Notes: generated by a model from the sequence alone, not told the origin. A DNA stretch of 64,000 nucleotides from an uncultured bacterium (GCA_937920495.1 CALEUQ010000039.1:8802-72801), one strand, 5' to 3'. Shown: positions 38,732 to 49,841, counted from the stretch's first letter. Numbers and translations: made by a program.

Positions 38732-39238
38732 ATGAAAAAAACTCAGATTGTAGTTATTGGCTCAGCTGATGATACACAGCATTATTCAGTTGCGTATCAA
38801 ATAGGCTCATTTATAGCAAAAAATGGATGGGTGCTCATCACCGGGGGAAGGACCGGCGTTATGGAAGCAGCTTCAAAGGGCGCACATGAACATGGTGGTA
38901 TTGTGGTAGGTATATTGCCATTTGATAGTTTCAATGGTGCCAATGAGTATTGCCACATCATTATTCCCACCGGCATAGGATTTGCCCGCAACAGTATGAA
39001 TGTGCTTTCAGCAGATGTTGTCATTTCCATTGGAGGAAAAGCTGGAACCTTAACCGAACTGGCATATGCCTGGCATTATGGCAAACCAATAATTAGCTGT
39101 GTGTTTACCGGAGGCTGGAGCACACGGATTGTTGACCAGCCAATAGATGACAGGGACAATGGCGGCAGAATCTACCCTGCTCATTCAGTTGAGGAAGTGT
39201 TCTGTATTCTACTCAAACTACTTCACAAATCTGCATAA
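38732..39238 (+). CDS. LOG-family / TIGR00725-type Rossmann-fold protein.
   Basis: The protein shows GGRTGVMEAASKGA...GGIVVGILP...SIGGKAGTLTELAYAW, which is the PGGxGTxxE LOG signature. Confidence 0.7.
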   Translation: MKKTQIVVIGSADDTQHYSVAYQIGSFIAKNGWVLITGGRTGVMEAASKGAHEHGGIVVGILPFDSFNGANEYCHIIIPTGIGFARNSMNVLSADVVISIGGKAGTLTELAYAWHYGKPIISCVFTGGWSTRIVDQPIDDRDNGGRIYPAHSVEEVFCILLKLLHKSA

Positions 39239-39325
39239 TAACACTAAGATCATTCTGTCCCTATTGTCATCGTTACAGGATCTGAGATTCCTAATCAAGT
39301 TCACAATAACCTTATGAGTAGATTA

Positions 39326-39360
39326 CAAAAAAAAGCAGGCTCAATTCAGGATCGCTGCTT
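39326..39360 (-). terminator. Rho-independent terminator for the gpsA-fusion gene.
   Basis: The minus strand reads AAGCAG-16 nt loop-CTGCTTTTTTTTG. It lies about 40 nt after the stop at 39401. Confidence 0.55.
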
Positions 39361-39400
39361 AAAGAAGGTGCTTCAGAAAAACATGACAGCGCCGTGTTGC

Positions 39401-41731
39401 TCACACGATATACGCTGCAAAGTACTTAATGGCTTCTTTCTTATCTTCGTTTGCCAGCACTGTGTCACCACTCTGTGTAACACAATTATTTGAAATAAGA
39501 AAATTCACTCCTTCCCGTATTATATCTTCTATAGAATACCGGTGTTTTAAATTACGCAGTTTCAGTATACTATCAATCTCACTTTTAATGGTATCAATAC
39601 GTGCATTTCCCCCAGCGGCATGTAACACACAGGCTACAAAATAATGCGGATAAATGGGTATATCATGCCGATGCTTTAGCGCCAACATCATCTTAGTATC
39701 ATCGCTTAACGTTGGGCTGGCAGAAAAATGCGACAGCGTCATTGGCCTTGAAATGTGGACTTTTGTTACATTTCTGAAAATTTTCAGGAATGAAACCGGA
39801 TACGTTACAGGGTTATAATATTTATGAGCAACCCGGGCAGGGATAATTGCTATCTCTTCAGTTGTTTTATGCAGCAAATCGCACAACCCATCAATGAACA
39901 TTTCCTTAATAGACATCGTGTGCCTGTCTTCATCTTTCAAAATATCAGAATACAACACCGGAATTCCATGCTCAATACACACCAACATATACTGCAACAG
40001 TGTTTCTTTGTATATGACTGAAGCGCATCGCATAGTATGCACCACATAACCACCACAAAGCCTGAAAAGAAAACGCAGTAAGGTATTTTCTAAAAGCTGG
40101 CTATCAACATAAAACCGCGGCAGGGGTATAGAAATAAATTTAATAAGTGCTAGAACCACAAACAATGAATCTGCCTGATCATGTGCATTGCAAAAATATA
40201 CAGGGTTTGCTGTCATCACTATCTTTTTTAAATATCTAATATCACCGGTAAGCGAAATTCTTTCCTCAAAAAATTCCGTGAGCCTTCGACGGTATAATAA
40301 TCCATACAAATAAAAGAACAATCGTGCCAACTTCAATACCAGCACTGAGAATGTATACACATATCTATCGCTTATACTATCATAATAATACTCAATGAGA
40401 AGTTTAAGTTGCTTTTCATAATTTTCTTCATTAAGAGTTTTATAAAGCGATAGTTCATGTGAATACTCTTTATGCCGGGGAAGTTGCTGCTGTAAAAAGT
40501 CCCGGTATTCTTGCCGGTTACGTAACACCTCATTTTTTTTATTTTCACTGCATAACTGCTGCATAATCCTCTCAACCACAAGATTTTTAAATATTAAACC
40601 GCTCATGCGTTCTATGCCTTTTTTGCGCTCCTTTGCCTTTATCCGTGCACGCCGTGTGAGTATTTCATATTTTGCCGGATTTTTAATTGTTTCAATGAGC
40701 AGCCATGGATCGCGCTTATTGAGAAGCACATCGTACAGCGAGCGGTATACTGGCAAAGTGAGATTATATTTATCGGCAAGCTCTATAATGGGCTCTATGG
40801 CATACGCCCCTTCAACCAGATAATGCATGCGTTTACTCATTCTTTCCAGTACATTTTCAGGTTTTACGCGTAATAATAACTTGTCAAAAAAACCTAACGT
40901 TGTTCCTTTCTGGGTTATTTGTTCAGCTATCTCCCTGCCAAAGCGCCTGTTACGGCTATGCTGGCTTAACGCTGTTGCAACTAAGTCACCTAAACCGGCA
41001 ATGCCCATAATAGTCTGTTCCTTTGCACCCAGGCAGCGTCCCAGTTGAATCATCTCAAGGTGTGCCTGTGCAATCAACGCTCCTGAAAGGTTATCTCCGC
41101 ACGCAGGCAGGTTGCCAATAATTCCGGCAGCAATTGCTGCGGGATTTTTCAAGGTGCTTCCACAGTCAACACCAATAATGTCATCTGCCGGTATGCATTC
41201 CAGATATTCATTTTGAAGTAGATTCACAAAAAAATTAATTGAAGCTTTTGATTTGCTGGCAACATGCAATGCCGTATGGTATTCCCGGCACACCTCCTCA
41301 GCATGGCTTGGTCCATATATAGCACACACCCTGTCTATTAAAAAAGGCATTGCTAACTCTATAGTCTGTGACATGGTATAAATACCCGAACCAACCTTGC
41401 AAAAGCCTTTAGACAAATATCCACAATATACCTTTGCATCAACATAGCGTCTGATTCGTGTGCAGGTATCATATACAACTTTGGAAGGAGTGGCAATAAT
41501 TACTGCATCCGTGCCTTTGACCGATTCTTTAATATCAGTATATGCAACAATATTAAGAGCAAGTTCCACATCAGGAAGGTACATTATATTGACATGCTGA
41601 GTATTTATAGTACGTACCACATCCTTCTCGTAAGCCCACATCCGCACAACAATTTCAGGATGATTACGGGCAACTACATTAGCAACAGCAGTGCCCCATG
41701 CACCTGCACCTATCACAGTTATGGATTTCAT
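39401..41731 (-). CDS. gpsA: NAD(P)H-dependent glycerol-3-phosphate dehydrogenase domain fused to a ~440-aa uncharacterized C-terminal domain (possibly acyltransferase-like).
   Basis: The N-terminus MKSITVIGAGAWGTAVA... through residue ~330 matches GpsA. It is followed by a long hydrophobic/helical extension in the same ORF. Confidence 0.65.
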   Translation of the reverse strand: MKSITVIGAGAWGTAVANVVARNHPEIVVRMWAYEKDVVRTINTQHVNIMYLPDVELALNIVAYTDIKESVKGTDAVIIATPSKVVYDTCTRIRRYVDAKVYCGYLSKGFCKVGSGIYTMSQTIELAMPFLIDRVCAIYGPSHAEEVCREYHTALHVASKSKASINFFVNLLQNEYLECIPADDIIGVDCGSTLKNPAAIAAGIIGNLPACGDNLSGALIAQAHLEMIQLGRCLGAKEQTIMGIAGLGDLVATALSQHSRNRRFGREIAEQITQKGTTLGFFDKLLLRVKPENVLERMSKRMHYLVEGAYAIEPIIELADKYNLTLPVYRSLYDVLLNKRDPWLLIETIKNPAKYEILTRRARIKAKERKKGIERMSGLIFKNLVVERIMQQLCSENKKNEVLRNRQEYRDFLQQQLPRHKEYSHELSLYKTLNEENYEKQLKLLIEYYYDSISDRYVYTFSVLVLKLARLFFYLYGLLYRRRLTEFFEERISLTGDIRYLKKIVMTANPVYFCNAHDQADSLFVVLALIKFISIPLPRFYVDSQLLENTLLRFLFRLCGGYVVHTMRCASVIYKETLLQYMLVCIEHGIPVLYSDILKDEDRHTMSIKEMFIDGLCDLLHKTTEEIAIIPARVAHKYYNPVTYPVSFLKIFRNVTKVHISRPMTLSHFSASPTLSDDTKMMLALKHRHDIPIYPHYFVACVLHAAGGNARIDTIKSEIDSILKLRNLKHRYSIEDIIREGVNFLISNNCVTQSGDTVLANEDKKEAIKYFAAYIV

Positions 41732-41794
41732 TATGTCCTCACCTGATTTTATTAAAATAAAATCAGTAAATTACAGATAGTTGTTTACTTAAAA

Positions 41795-41832
41795 AATAAA
41801 AAAATGGGAGATACAATCTCCCATTTTTATTG
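41795..41832 (-). terminator. Bidirectional Rho-independent terminator after rpoD.
   Basis: The stem TGGGAGAT-aca-ATCTCCCA is flanked by an A-run and a T-run. Confidence 0.6.
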
Positions 41833-41849
41833 CTATTGTACAGTGACTG

Positions 41850-43613
41850 CTACATGTAGTCAAGATAATCTTTTAATTTTCGTGCACGGGTGGGGTGCCG
41901 CAAACGTCGTAGTGCCTTTGCTTCAATCTGTCTGATGCGTTCACGGGTTACCTTAAACACATACCCAACTTCTTCAAGTGTATGGGAATACCCGTCATCA
42001 AGTCCAAATCGCATACGGATAACCTTCTGTTCTCGCGCCGGCAATGTGCTCAATACTGCATTAATCTGTTCGGAAAGCAGCCTGTATGCAGCCGTATTCA
42101 CCGGTGAATCTACCTCTTTATCCTCAATGAAATCACCAAGTAATGAATCTTCTTCCTCGCCAATGGGCGTTTCAAGCGATATTGGCTCGCGGGCAACATT
42201 CTTTACACCTTTTACTTTACTTACCGGCCAGCCCAGCCTGTCGGCCAATTCTTCAGGGCTTGGCTCCCGGCCAAATTCCTGCTGAAACAACCTTGTTTCG
42301 CGCATTACTTTGTTTATTTGCTCAATCATATGCACAGGGATACGTATGGTACGCGCCTGATCAGATATTGCCCTTGTTATTGCCTGGCGTATCCACCATG
42401 TGGCATAGGTGGAAAATTTATACCCCTTGCGATACTCAAACTTATCAACAGCTTTTATTAAGCCAATATTGCCTTCCTGAATCAGATCAAAGAAATGCAT
42501 GCCCCTGTTGGCATATTTTTTTGCAATTGAGACAACAAGGCGCAGGTTTGCATTGATAAGCTCCTTTTTGGCCAGTGAAATTTTACGGTGGCCTATCTCA
42601 ATCTGTGTACCCCACTCCATGATTTCATCACAGGTGGCACCTGCTTCCTGCTCTATACGGCGAATCTTGCGCTCATTATTTCTTATGTCTTTAACTATCT
42701 CTAAAATTTCATCTTTACTTTTCGCTTTAAGTTCTTTTAATATCTTTTTAACATCTTCATTCTTTTCCAATTTACGGCCATATTGCTTTAACTCTTTTAC
42801 CGATTTGTTAAATTGATTTTCAAGGCCTTTAAAAAAATGACGTGTTTCTTTTATTCGGGTAACCATTGATAAAATGCGCTGCGCTGTTTTATTGATTTCG
42901 TTTTCATGCACCTGCAGATTTACCAGCGCTTCCTTAATAATTTTGCGTGATTCTGCAATTTTTTCTTTTAATTCCAGCGCTTTTTTTGAATCTTCAGCCA
43001 TTTTCCTTAGCTTGTTCTGGTACTGTAATACTTTTTTGTCTTCAGCTATGATAATACTCATATTGTTTTCATAGCGCTTTTCCAGATCATGCATATCAAA
43101 AGAAGAAAAATAGTAGAGTTTATTTATCCGCAATACATCAGTTAGTTTAATCTTGCCGCTTTTAACTTTTGGATGGTTTTTTATGAGCTCATTAAGAAGC
43201 ACGGTTGAGTCCAGTACAGCATTCTCAATTAAAATTTCACCTTCTTCTATACGTTTTGCCAGCTTTACTTCCTCATCACCCGAAAGCAGCGATACCTTCC
43301 CTATTTCCTTCAAATACAGGCGGATTGGGTCATCAGAAATGGCTGTTTCAGTACCTGTCGCTGCGGCCTTTTTTGAATGGGATTTTTCTTTTTTTGTTGA
43401 TACTGCTTCAGCACGGCGTGTGGGCTCTTCAACAACATCAATGCCTAACTGATTGAGAAGAATAAAAATATCATCAATTTTATCAGAATTTAATATCTTA
43501 TCGGGCAAAATATCATTAAGCTCATCGTAGGTAATCTCACCATTGGTTTTACCAAGATCCACAAGTTTTTTAACTTCTGGAATGCTTTCTAAAAGAACAT
43601 CACCTTTTGCCAT
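41850..43613 (-). CDS. rpoD: RNA polymerase sigma-70 factor RpoD.
   Basis: The protein shows ...[40 protein letters not shown]... and a region 4 HTH. Confidence 0.95.
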   Translation of the reverse strand: MAKGDVLLESIPEVKKLVDLGKTNGEITYDELNDILPDKILNSDKIDDIFILLNQLGIDVVEEPTRRAEAVSTKKEKSHSKKAAATGTETAISDDPIRLYLKEIGKVSLLSGDEEVKLAKRIEEGEILIENAVLDSTVLLNELIKNHPKVKSGKIKLTDVLRINKLYYFSSFDMHDLEKRYENNMSIIIAEDKKVLQYQNKLRKMAEDSKKALELKEKIAESRKIIKEALVNLQVHENEINKTAQRILSMVTRIKETRHFFKGLENQFNKSVKELKQYGRKLEKNEDVKKILKELKAKSKDEILEIVKDIRNNERKIRRIEQEAGATCDEIMEWGTQIEIGHRKISLAKKELINANLRLVVSIAKKYANRGMHFFDLIQEGNIGLIKAVDKFEYRKGYKFSTYATWWIRQAITRAISDQARTIRIPVHMIEQINKVMRETRLFQQEFGREPSPEELADRLGWPVSKVKGVKNVAREPISLETPIGEEEDSLLGDFIEDKEVDSPVNTAAYRLLSEQINAVLSTLPAREQKVIRMRFGLDDGYSHTLEEVGYVFKVTRERIRQIEAKALRRLRHPTRARKLKDYLDYM

Positions 43614-43653
43614 AATAAACTCTACCCTTTATATTAAAAAATTTATTGTGAAC

Positions 43654-45429
43654 TTAAATTTTTACACTGCCTTTGTTATAAATATATGAAGCCAATTTTT
43701 CTCTTTCGCGGCGCAACACTTCTAATTCGGTCATATAATATTGTATATTATCCTGCTGATTCTTCTTAATTTTTTCTGCAAATTCGTTAATTTTTTTGTC
43801 GATAGTATACAGCCGCATATTTAATATTATTTCTGAATATGCAATTTTGGGATCTTCAAATGTAAATTGTTTTGAAAAACCCTGTGTAAGCAATTTGTAC
43901 TCTTCCCCTTCGGGGAAAAAATCAAACATTTTGTCCAGTGAAATTGGTTCATTTTTTTCATACAGGTCTATGATTGCCTGGTAGATATTCTTTGCCACTG
44001 TATCGGTAAACTGTGAAAGTGAACAATCCACAACCGAATGTTCAATTAATTCAGGGTAATTGCACAGCAAAAGTACCAGTTCACGCTGACTTTTTGAATA
44101 AAAATCAAGAGACTCTTTAACAGTTACTATCGCCGCCCCATTTGTTTTTTGCCCTTTTGTAAAACGCTCATAATCCGTACGGATAGCCTGCTCGCTAACC
44201 TGAAACATTGTGGCCAGTTTTTTAAAGTATTGCTGCCGCTGTACCTCAGATGAAACTTCTTTTAACACCACAAAAATTTGTTTTATTACGTCAATAGTGC
44301 GTTTGCCCTTATTTTCAGCTATTATTCGCCCAATTCGGAAATCAACGGGTTGTAATGCGCTGTCAACAATTGCCATGAATTCACGTGCACCAAACTTTGT
44401 AACAAAATCAAACGGATCAAGCTGTGGCAACTGCGCAATACGTATATCAATATTCAAGTTTTGCGCAACATCAAGGGACCTGAGTGATGCATTCACTCCT
44501 GCTGAGTCTGCGTCAAATACAATGATGACTTCATGGCATAATCGTGACAGAAGTTGCAATTGTTCCAGCGTTAACGCAGTACCCAGCGGCGCTACCACAT
44601 TCTGAATACCTGCCTGATACACGCCAATTACATCCAGGTAGCCTTCAACAACTATTGCCCGTCCCAGCTCAACTATGTGTTGACGTGATTTATTCAATCC
44701 GTAAAGAATATTCCGCTTTTGAAAAATTAGCGATTCAGGAGAATTGAGGTATTTGGGTTCACCCTGTGCAATTATTCTACCACCAAAGCCAATAATTTCA
44801 TTTTTTTGGTCAAAAATAGGAAATATGACCCTGTTTCGGAACCTGTCATAGTAATGGGTGATATCGTTTTTTATTACTTTGTTAATATTTCCTGTCTTAA
44901 CTGCCATATCAAGCGGGATATTCATATTTTTTAATATATCCGTAGCATACCGCCACTCGTCAGGAGCATATCCCAGCTCAAATTCGTCAATGCTCTGCTG
45001 GCTAACCCCACGCTGTAAAAGATACTCCAATGCGTGCCTGTGTGCAGGCATACGCAATGCGTTGCGATAGCTGTCAGCAATTAGCCCATTTATTTTTAAG
45101 AGCCTGCTGTATTCATCATCCCTGTATTTTCCATCATCACGGACAGGTATGCCTATTATCTCACCTACTATCTTTACGCTTTCTGCAAAGTCAACATGTT
45201 CCACCTTTGATATGAATGTGAAGACATTTCCACCTTCATGGCAGCCAAAACAGTAAAACATCTGTTTATCAGGCGATACAGTAAACGAAGGGGTCTTCTC
45301 TTTATGAAATGGGCATAAACCAACGTAATTCTTACCCTTTTTGGTAAGGGTAGGAACATAACGTTTTATAATATCTTCTATAGCAGCTTTTTGCCGTATA
45401 TGTTCAATCGTATCTCGGGGGATAGCCAT
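43654..45429 (-). CDS. dnaG: DNA primase.
   Basis: A zinc ribbon is present: CPFHKEKTPSF...FYCFGCHEGGN. TOPRIM motifs are EGYLDV and DADSAG. Confidence 0.9.
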   Translation of the reverse strand: MAIPRDTIEHIRQKAAIEDIIKRYVPTLTKKGKNYVGLCPFHKEKTPSFTVSPDKQMFYCFGCHEGGNVFTFISKVEHVDFAESVKIVGEIIGIPVRDDGKYRDDEYSRLLKINGLIADSYRNALRMPAHRHALEYLLQRGVSQQSIDEFELGYAPDEWRYATDILKNMNIPLDMAVKTGNINKVIKNDITHYYDRFRNRVIFPIFDQKNEIIGFGGRIIAQGEPKYLNSPESLIFQKRNILYGLNKSRQHIVELGRAIVVEGYLDVIGVYQAGIQNVVAPLGTALTLEQLQLLSRLCHEVIIVFDADSAGVNASLRSLDVAQNLNIDIRIAQLPQLDPFDFVTKFGAREFMAIVDSALQPVDFRIGRIIAENKGKRTIDVIKQIFVVLKEVSSEVQRQQYFKKLATMFQVSEQAIRTDYERFTKGQKTNGAAIVTVKESLDFYSKSQRELVLLLCNYPELIEHSVVDCSLSQFTDTVAKNIYQAIIDLYEKNEPISLDKMFDFFPEGEEYKLLTQGFSKQFTFEDPKIAYSEIILNMRLYTIDKKINEFAEKIKKNQQDNIQYYMTELEVLRREREKLASYIYNKGSVKI

Positions 45430-45452
45430 TTGATAGTAATATATATATAAAT

Positions 45453-45902
45453 TTACAGATTTTCAAGTTTATTCTGAACAATCTGCTTTACAACCTGCCC
45501 ATCGGCCTTACCTTTAAGATCTTTCATAACCTGCCCCATGACTTTGCCCATATCTTTTTTGGTAACAGTTCCCATGGAAGCAATTACCTGGTCAATATGG
45601 GCAGCAATCTGTTCCTGGCTCATCTGCTGCGGCAGGTATTTCATGATGATTTCAAGCTCCTGTTTTTCCTTTGATGCTAAATCGTTCCTGCCTGCTTTTT
45701 CATATTCGGTTATGGCTTCTTTGCGCTTTTTTGCACTGCGAGTTAAGACCTCAATTATTTTTTCATCGGTTAATTCTTCGGTGCCCTTAGTCTTTTCATA
45801 CATTATGTCTGATTTGAGCATACGCAACGTACTGCTTAAAAGCTCATTTTTGTTTTTAATTGCTTCTTTTAGGTCGGATTCGATAGTGGTAAGAATGGTC
45901 AT
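45453..45902 (-). CDS. yqeY: GatB/YqeY domain protein.
   Basis: The sequence MTILTTIESDLKEAIKNKNELLSSTLRMLKSDI... matches YqeY. The start is at M34 of the track ORF. Confidence 0.75.
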   Translation of the reverse strand: MTILTTIESDLKEAIKNKNELLSSTLRMLKSDIMYEKTKGTEELTDEKIIEVLTRSAKKRKEAITEYEKAGRNDLASKEKQELEIIMKYLPQQMSQEQIAAHIDQVIASMGTVTKKDMGKVMGQVMKDLKGKADGQVVKQIVQNKLENL

Positions 45903-46040
45903 ACACATACCCCATAATAAATAGGAATTTTTGACGCGAAGTAATAAAGTTAAAATGGAGAGTGTACCACATATAAATTTATTCCATTTGTATGTCAACA
46001 AAAGTTTTATGTTTCAAACGTAAAATTGCATTTCAATAAT

Positions 46041-46146
46041 AAAATTTGTGAACATAATAAACATATTGTACACCCCCGCCGGCTTCGGCGGCGGGGATGT
46101 GCACTTTTTTATTAACAAAATATTTGTAAGGAATTATTAGTGAAAG
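46041..46146 (+). repeat. Hairpin-containing intergenic element copy A. It has a conserved 5' box, a GC-rich extended hairpin with a UUCG loop, a T-run and a conserved 3' box. Its paralog lies at 49881-49982.
   Basis: It aligns with 49881-49982 at about 88% identity. The hairpin at 46067-46103 is TGTACAC-CCCCGCCG-G-C-ttcg-G-CGGCGGGG-A-TGTGCA. It is followed by CTTTTTTATT. Confidence 0.7.
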
Positions 46147-46260
46147 TAATTGACATTTCCTTTTTAACCAATTAGAATTACACAATTAAAAAAATCAATT
46201 TACACAACATAAGCTGAAAAATGTGTTGTAATACCATGTATACAGATGGTGGAGAAATAT

Positions 46261-47271
46261 ATGAAAAATATACGAACACATCATTATGTATATTGTATTA
46301 TTTTTATGATTTTAATTGTATTGTTTGCCACCTATCCCATTTACGGATATGACGAATCTGATGATGATAAGATCTGGGTTGGTATAAATCTCCAACCATG
46401 GATATGGTGGAATGTTTCTTATTTTTTTAGCAAAGACTATGATGAAAAAGAATATTTACATTATAAGTTTGAACGCTCTTCACTGACTGCTTATGAGTCA
46501 AACATACGCCTCTCTGATTATGGAATTACGTTGGGAGTACAAATAGATGCGGGTGATAGAATGATTGGAAAAATTGAGGAAATACTTGGGTACTTTGGAT
46601 ATAAGGGCTTTATACTAAAAATAACCTATGGGAACCTGGAAGGAGCAGCCAGGTGGGATGGCACACTTCAACCTGGTATGTCATCACGCTTTGATTACAA
46701 ATTTAAATTTAAACATTATGATTTGCTCTATTACCCCGAAGATTTTGGATACTATGGTTTTGGACACACGGCATTCACTATTCCGGTACGCGTTAAATTT
46801 TTAGATAACGCTAGTATGTCTTATGGGACACCGATATATGACAAAAACTATCAAGTATCACTCTATTCAATAATTGTGGCATTGGACTCGTTATCTTCGG
46901 CAGTCCGTGGGGTAGAGAATCAATTAACCCAACCATCTATGGGATTAACTTTGTGGCTTTTGTACAATGTTAGATTTGGTGCCGGGAAGGGAACACTGAG
47001 CAACGAAGCATTGCAATGGGCGTTGTCAGCTAATCCAGGGAAAAAAATCGTAGGTCAGAAATCAACCGTGACGTATCTTGGTGCAGAAGCTGCAATTGGG
47101 CTTGCTTATTTCTTTACCGAAAATTCTGCATTAGGTGTTGGTTACAGTGGCAGTACTGCAATGATACAAAAGTGGGGAGGAGGAGCTTCTGATTATACTG
47201 AACTTGGGTATGATACGTCTTTTCAGTTATCCAACCATGGGCCCGTATTTAGATTTTATCTACTCTTTTAA
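46261..47271 (+). CDS. Putative outer-membrane beta-barrel protein.
   Basis: A GGTGGAGA SD precedes the ATG at 46261. A signal peptide is present. The sequence is beta-rich and Gly/Tyr-rich. The C-terminus is ...FRFYLLF, ending in an aromatic residue as in OM barrels. Confidence 0.5.
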   Translation: MKNIRTHHYVYCIIFMILIVLFATYPIYGYDESDDDKIWVGINLQPWIWWNVSYFFSKDYDEKEYLHYKFERSSLTAYESNIRLSDYGITLGVQIDAGDRMIGKIEEILGYFGYKGFILKITYGNLEGAARWDGTLQPGMSSRFDYKFKFKHYDLLYYPEDFGYYGFGHTAFTIPVRVKFLDNASMSYGTPIYDKNYQVSLYSIIVALDSLSSAVRGVENQLTQPSMGLTLWLLYNVRFGAGKGTLSNEALQWALSANPGKKIVGQKSTVTYLGAEAAIGLAYFFTENSALGVGYSGSTAMIQKWGGGASDYTELGYDTSFQLSNHGPVFRFYLLF

Positions 47272-47279
47272 ACTGTTCG

Positions 47280-48542
47280 TTACTTAGCGTATTGAGTTAC
47301 CAGTATTTTTTTTAACTTATGTAAACGTGCATAGAACACGAGGGCAACAATAGTACAACCGGCTCCGCTCAAAAACAGCGTAAGGGATACGCCAATACGC
47401 TGGGCGATAGCTCCGGCAAATAAATTCCCGATGGTAGCCATCCCCATGAACGACATTGTATACAGGCTCATAACCCTGCCACGCATTCCATCTTCCACCA
47501 TTGACTGAATAAATGTGTTGGAAGACGCCATCTGCACAATAAGGCTTATGCCTATAATAAACATAAGTATTAAAGAAACATACAAATTTCGTGAAAATGA
47601 AAAAAGTACCAGCCCACAACCAAGCAAAAGCGAACCGGCTGCAATATTATTTTCAAACCGTGTGGTATGGCTGCGTGATGCTATAAAGAGCGCCCCCACA
47701 AGCGCACCTAAACCGGCAGTTCCTAAAAGAAAGCCCAACGTGTGCGAATCACCATGCAAAATTTCCACTGCAACAACAGGCATAAGTACCATGTACGGCA
47801 TCCCCAGTAAACTTATCAATGCCAGCAACAACAGCACTGTGCGGATAGGATAATGATTTGTAACGTAACGTAAGCCTTCGCGAATATTTTCCATGATATT
47901 CCCTGAACGCGACAGAGCAGTATACGTAACATTTTTCATAAAAGCCAGTGCAACGATAATTCCGGAAAACGTTGTGGTATTTATTAAAAAGCATATACCT
48001 TCACCAAACTGCGCCACAAGCATTCCTGCTAGCGGTGGCCCAATAAGTCGGGTGCTGTTAAATACAACGGAATTCAAGGCAATGGCATTGCTCAAAAGCT
48101 CCTTTTCGGCAACCATATCAAATACAAATGACTGTCGCACAGGCATATCAAAGGCATTGAAACACCCCTGCAGGATATTAAGCACCAAAAGCCATATAGG
48201 CGTGATATATCCGTAAATAACGAGCAACCCCAATATAAGCGATTGTATACATAAAAGAATCTGGGTAATCACCAGTATATGATGCCGGTTATAGCGGTCA
48301 GCCACTACGCCGGTAATGGGTGTTAATATAAATATTGGAAGCTGTGCAGCAAATGCAAGTAACCCCAGCCACATGGATGAAGCAGTCAAACGATACATAA
48401 GCCAGCTTGAAGCCAGTTGCTGAATCCAGGTCCCAATGAGGGAAATAAACTGGCCCATAAAAAAAAGCCTGAAATTATATACCTTGAGTGCCCTAAAAGG
48501 GTTATTGGATATAATTCTTGACTTTATTGTTTGTTCTTTCAT
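47280..48542 (-). CDS. MFS transporter.
   Basis: This 420-aa protein has 12 predicted TM segments and a GVVADRYNRH motif between TM2 and TM3. Confidence 0.8.
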   Translation of the reverse strand: MKEQTIKSRIISNNPFRALKVYNFRLFFMGQFISLIGTWIQQLASSWLMYRLTASSMWLGLLAFAAQLPIFILTPITGVVADRYNRHHILVITQILLCIQSLILGLLVIYGYITPIWLLVLNILQGCFNAFDMPVRQSFVFDMVAEKELLSNAIALNSVVFNSTRLIGPPLAGMLVAQFGEGICFLINTTTFSGIIVALAFMKNVTYTALSRSGNIMENIREGLRYVTNHYPIRTVLLLLALISLLGMPYMVLMPVVAVEILHGDSHTLGFLLGTAGLGALVGALFIASRSHTTRFENNIAAGSLLLGCGLVLFSFSRNLYVSLILMFIIGISLIVQMASSNTFIQSMVEDGMRGRVMSLYTMSFMGMATIGNLFAGAIAQRIGVSLTLFLSGAGCTIVALVFYARLHKLKKILVTQYAK

Positions 48543-48842
48543 GGCTTACACGTCACCTTTACTACAAAAAAATTATCAGCATGTATCTCTAAACGATAGT
48601 CAATGAATAACATAAGGAATTGCGTCCATGCCATCATGCATACAATAATTCTAAGAAATTGTTTGTGAAAAACCGCCATAGAGCACACATAAACGTCTTA
48701 TTACATAATAGCGATAATAAGTAAATAAAAATTTTAGCAGTGTTTTTTTGGTATAACGGATATATATTTTAGTCGACAAATAACACCAGTGTATCACTAT
48801 ATACTACACACATATAATCATAACTTATAGAAAGGAAACAAT

Positions 48843-49841
48843 ATGAAAAAGATTGCCGTCTTACTTATCTGCTGTGTAACTATTATAGGTATTCTTATTG
48901 GCTTTGAGATGTTTGGTAAAAGCGATACACAGGTAACAGTTGATGAAATAAAACCCATGCCTGCACCCGAATTTTATAAAGGCATTTACCTTAACTCGCA
49001 ATCAGGACGCGACATTAACCTTCTTAAAAATTTCATCACAAAAGCAAAAGATGCAGGGTTCAATGCAGTTGTTATTGATGTGCATAATGAATCCAATAAT
49101 AAATTTTTAATCCCCGGGGAAAACATTGATTATGTTGTTTCACAAGGGTTATACCCAATTGCCCGTGTGGTTATGTTCCCTGATGGATTAAAGGTATATC
49201 CTGTCCCTGAAGAACTCATCAAAGGCAGGCTGGAATTGGCAAAAAAAGCCTGCGAAATAGGTTTCAGGGAAATTCAGTTTGATTATATACGGTTTAATGA
49301 CCATGGGATATTAAAACATGTTCCTTTAGAACAGCGGTATAAAACTGTTGAAGGATTTTTAGCACGAGCTAAGACAGAATTACAGCCATATAACGTAAAA
49401 ATTGCATGTGATGTGTTTGGCAGAATTCCGCTCAACACCAACGATACTATCGGGCAGCGCATGGAAGGGCTGGATCAGGTTGTTGATGTTATCTGTCCCA
49501 TGGCATATCCTTCCCACTATACATGGAGCAAAAAATTGATGGCTGATCCCTATTACACGGTATTTATAACTGGAAAAAGAGCAAAGGAACGCACAAAGAA
49601 TGCACAGATCGTGATGTACATACAGGCATTCAAGATACGGGTAGCAATGTCGGGATTGTCATTCCAGGAATATATGGCCAAACAGATTCAGGCAGTACAT
49701 GATGCCGGCGTAAAAGGTTTTATATGGTGGAATGCTTCACAACAGTATGATGAGCCATTTGCGGTTACCAGACAATTCTACTCAAACTTCAAAGAGCAGA
49801 GTATATCAAAAGCAGATATCAATGATAAAGGAAACTTATAA
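48843..49841 (+). CDS. Putative TIM-barrel glycoside-hydrolase-like protein (DUF4015-like), N-terminally membrane-anchored or secreted.
   Basis: An N-terminal hydrophobic segment is followed by ...GFNAVVIDVHNE...IQFDYIRF..., reminiscent of the DUF4015 putative glycosyl hydrolase family. Confidence 0.45.
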   Translation: MKKIAVLLICCVTIIGILIGFEMFGKSDTQVTVDEIKPMPAPEFYKGIYLNSQSGRDINLLKNFITKAKDAGFNAVVIDVHNESNNKFLIPGENIDYVVSQGLYPIARVVMFPDGLKVYPVPEELIKGRLELAKKACEIGFREIQFDYIRFNDHGILKHVPLEQRYKTVEGFLARAKTELQPYNVKIACDVFGRIPLNTNDTIGQRMEGLDQVVDVICPMAYPSHYTWSKKLMADPYYTVFITGKRAKERTKNAQIVMYIQAFKIRVAMSGLSFQEYMAKQIQAVHDAGVKGFIWWNASQQYDEPFAVTRQFYSNFKEQSISKADINDKGNL

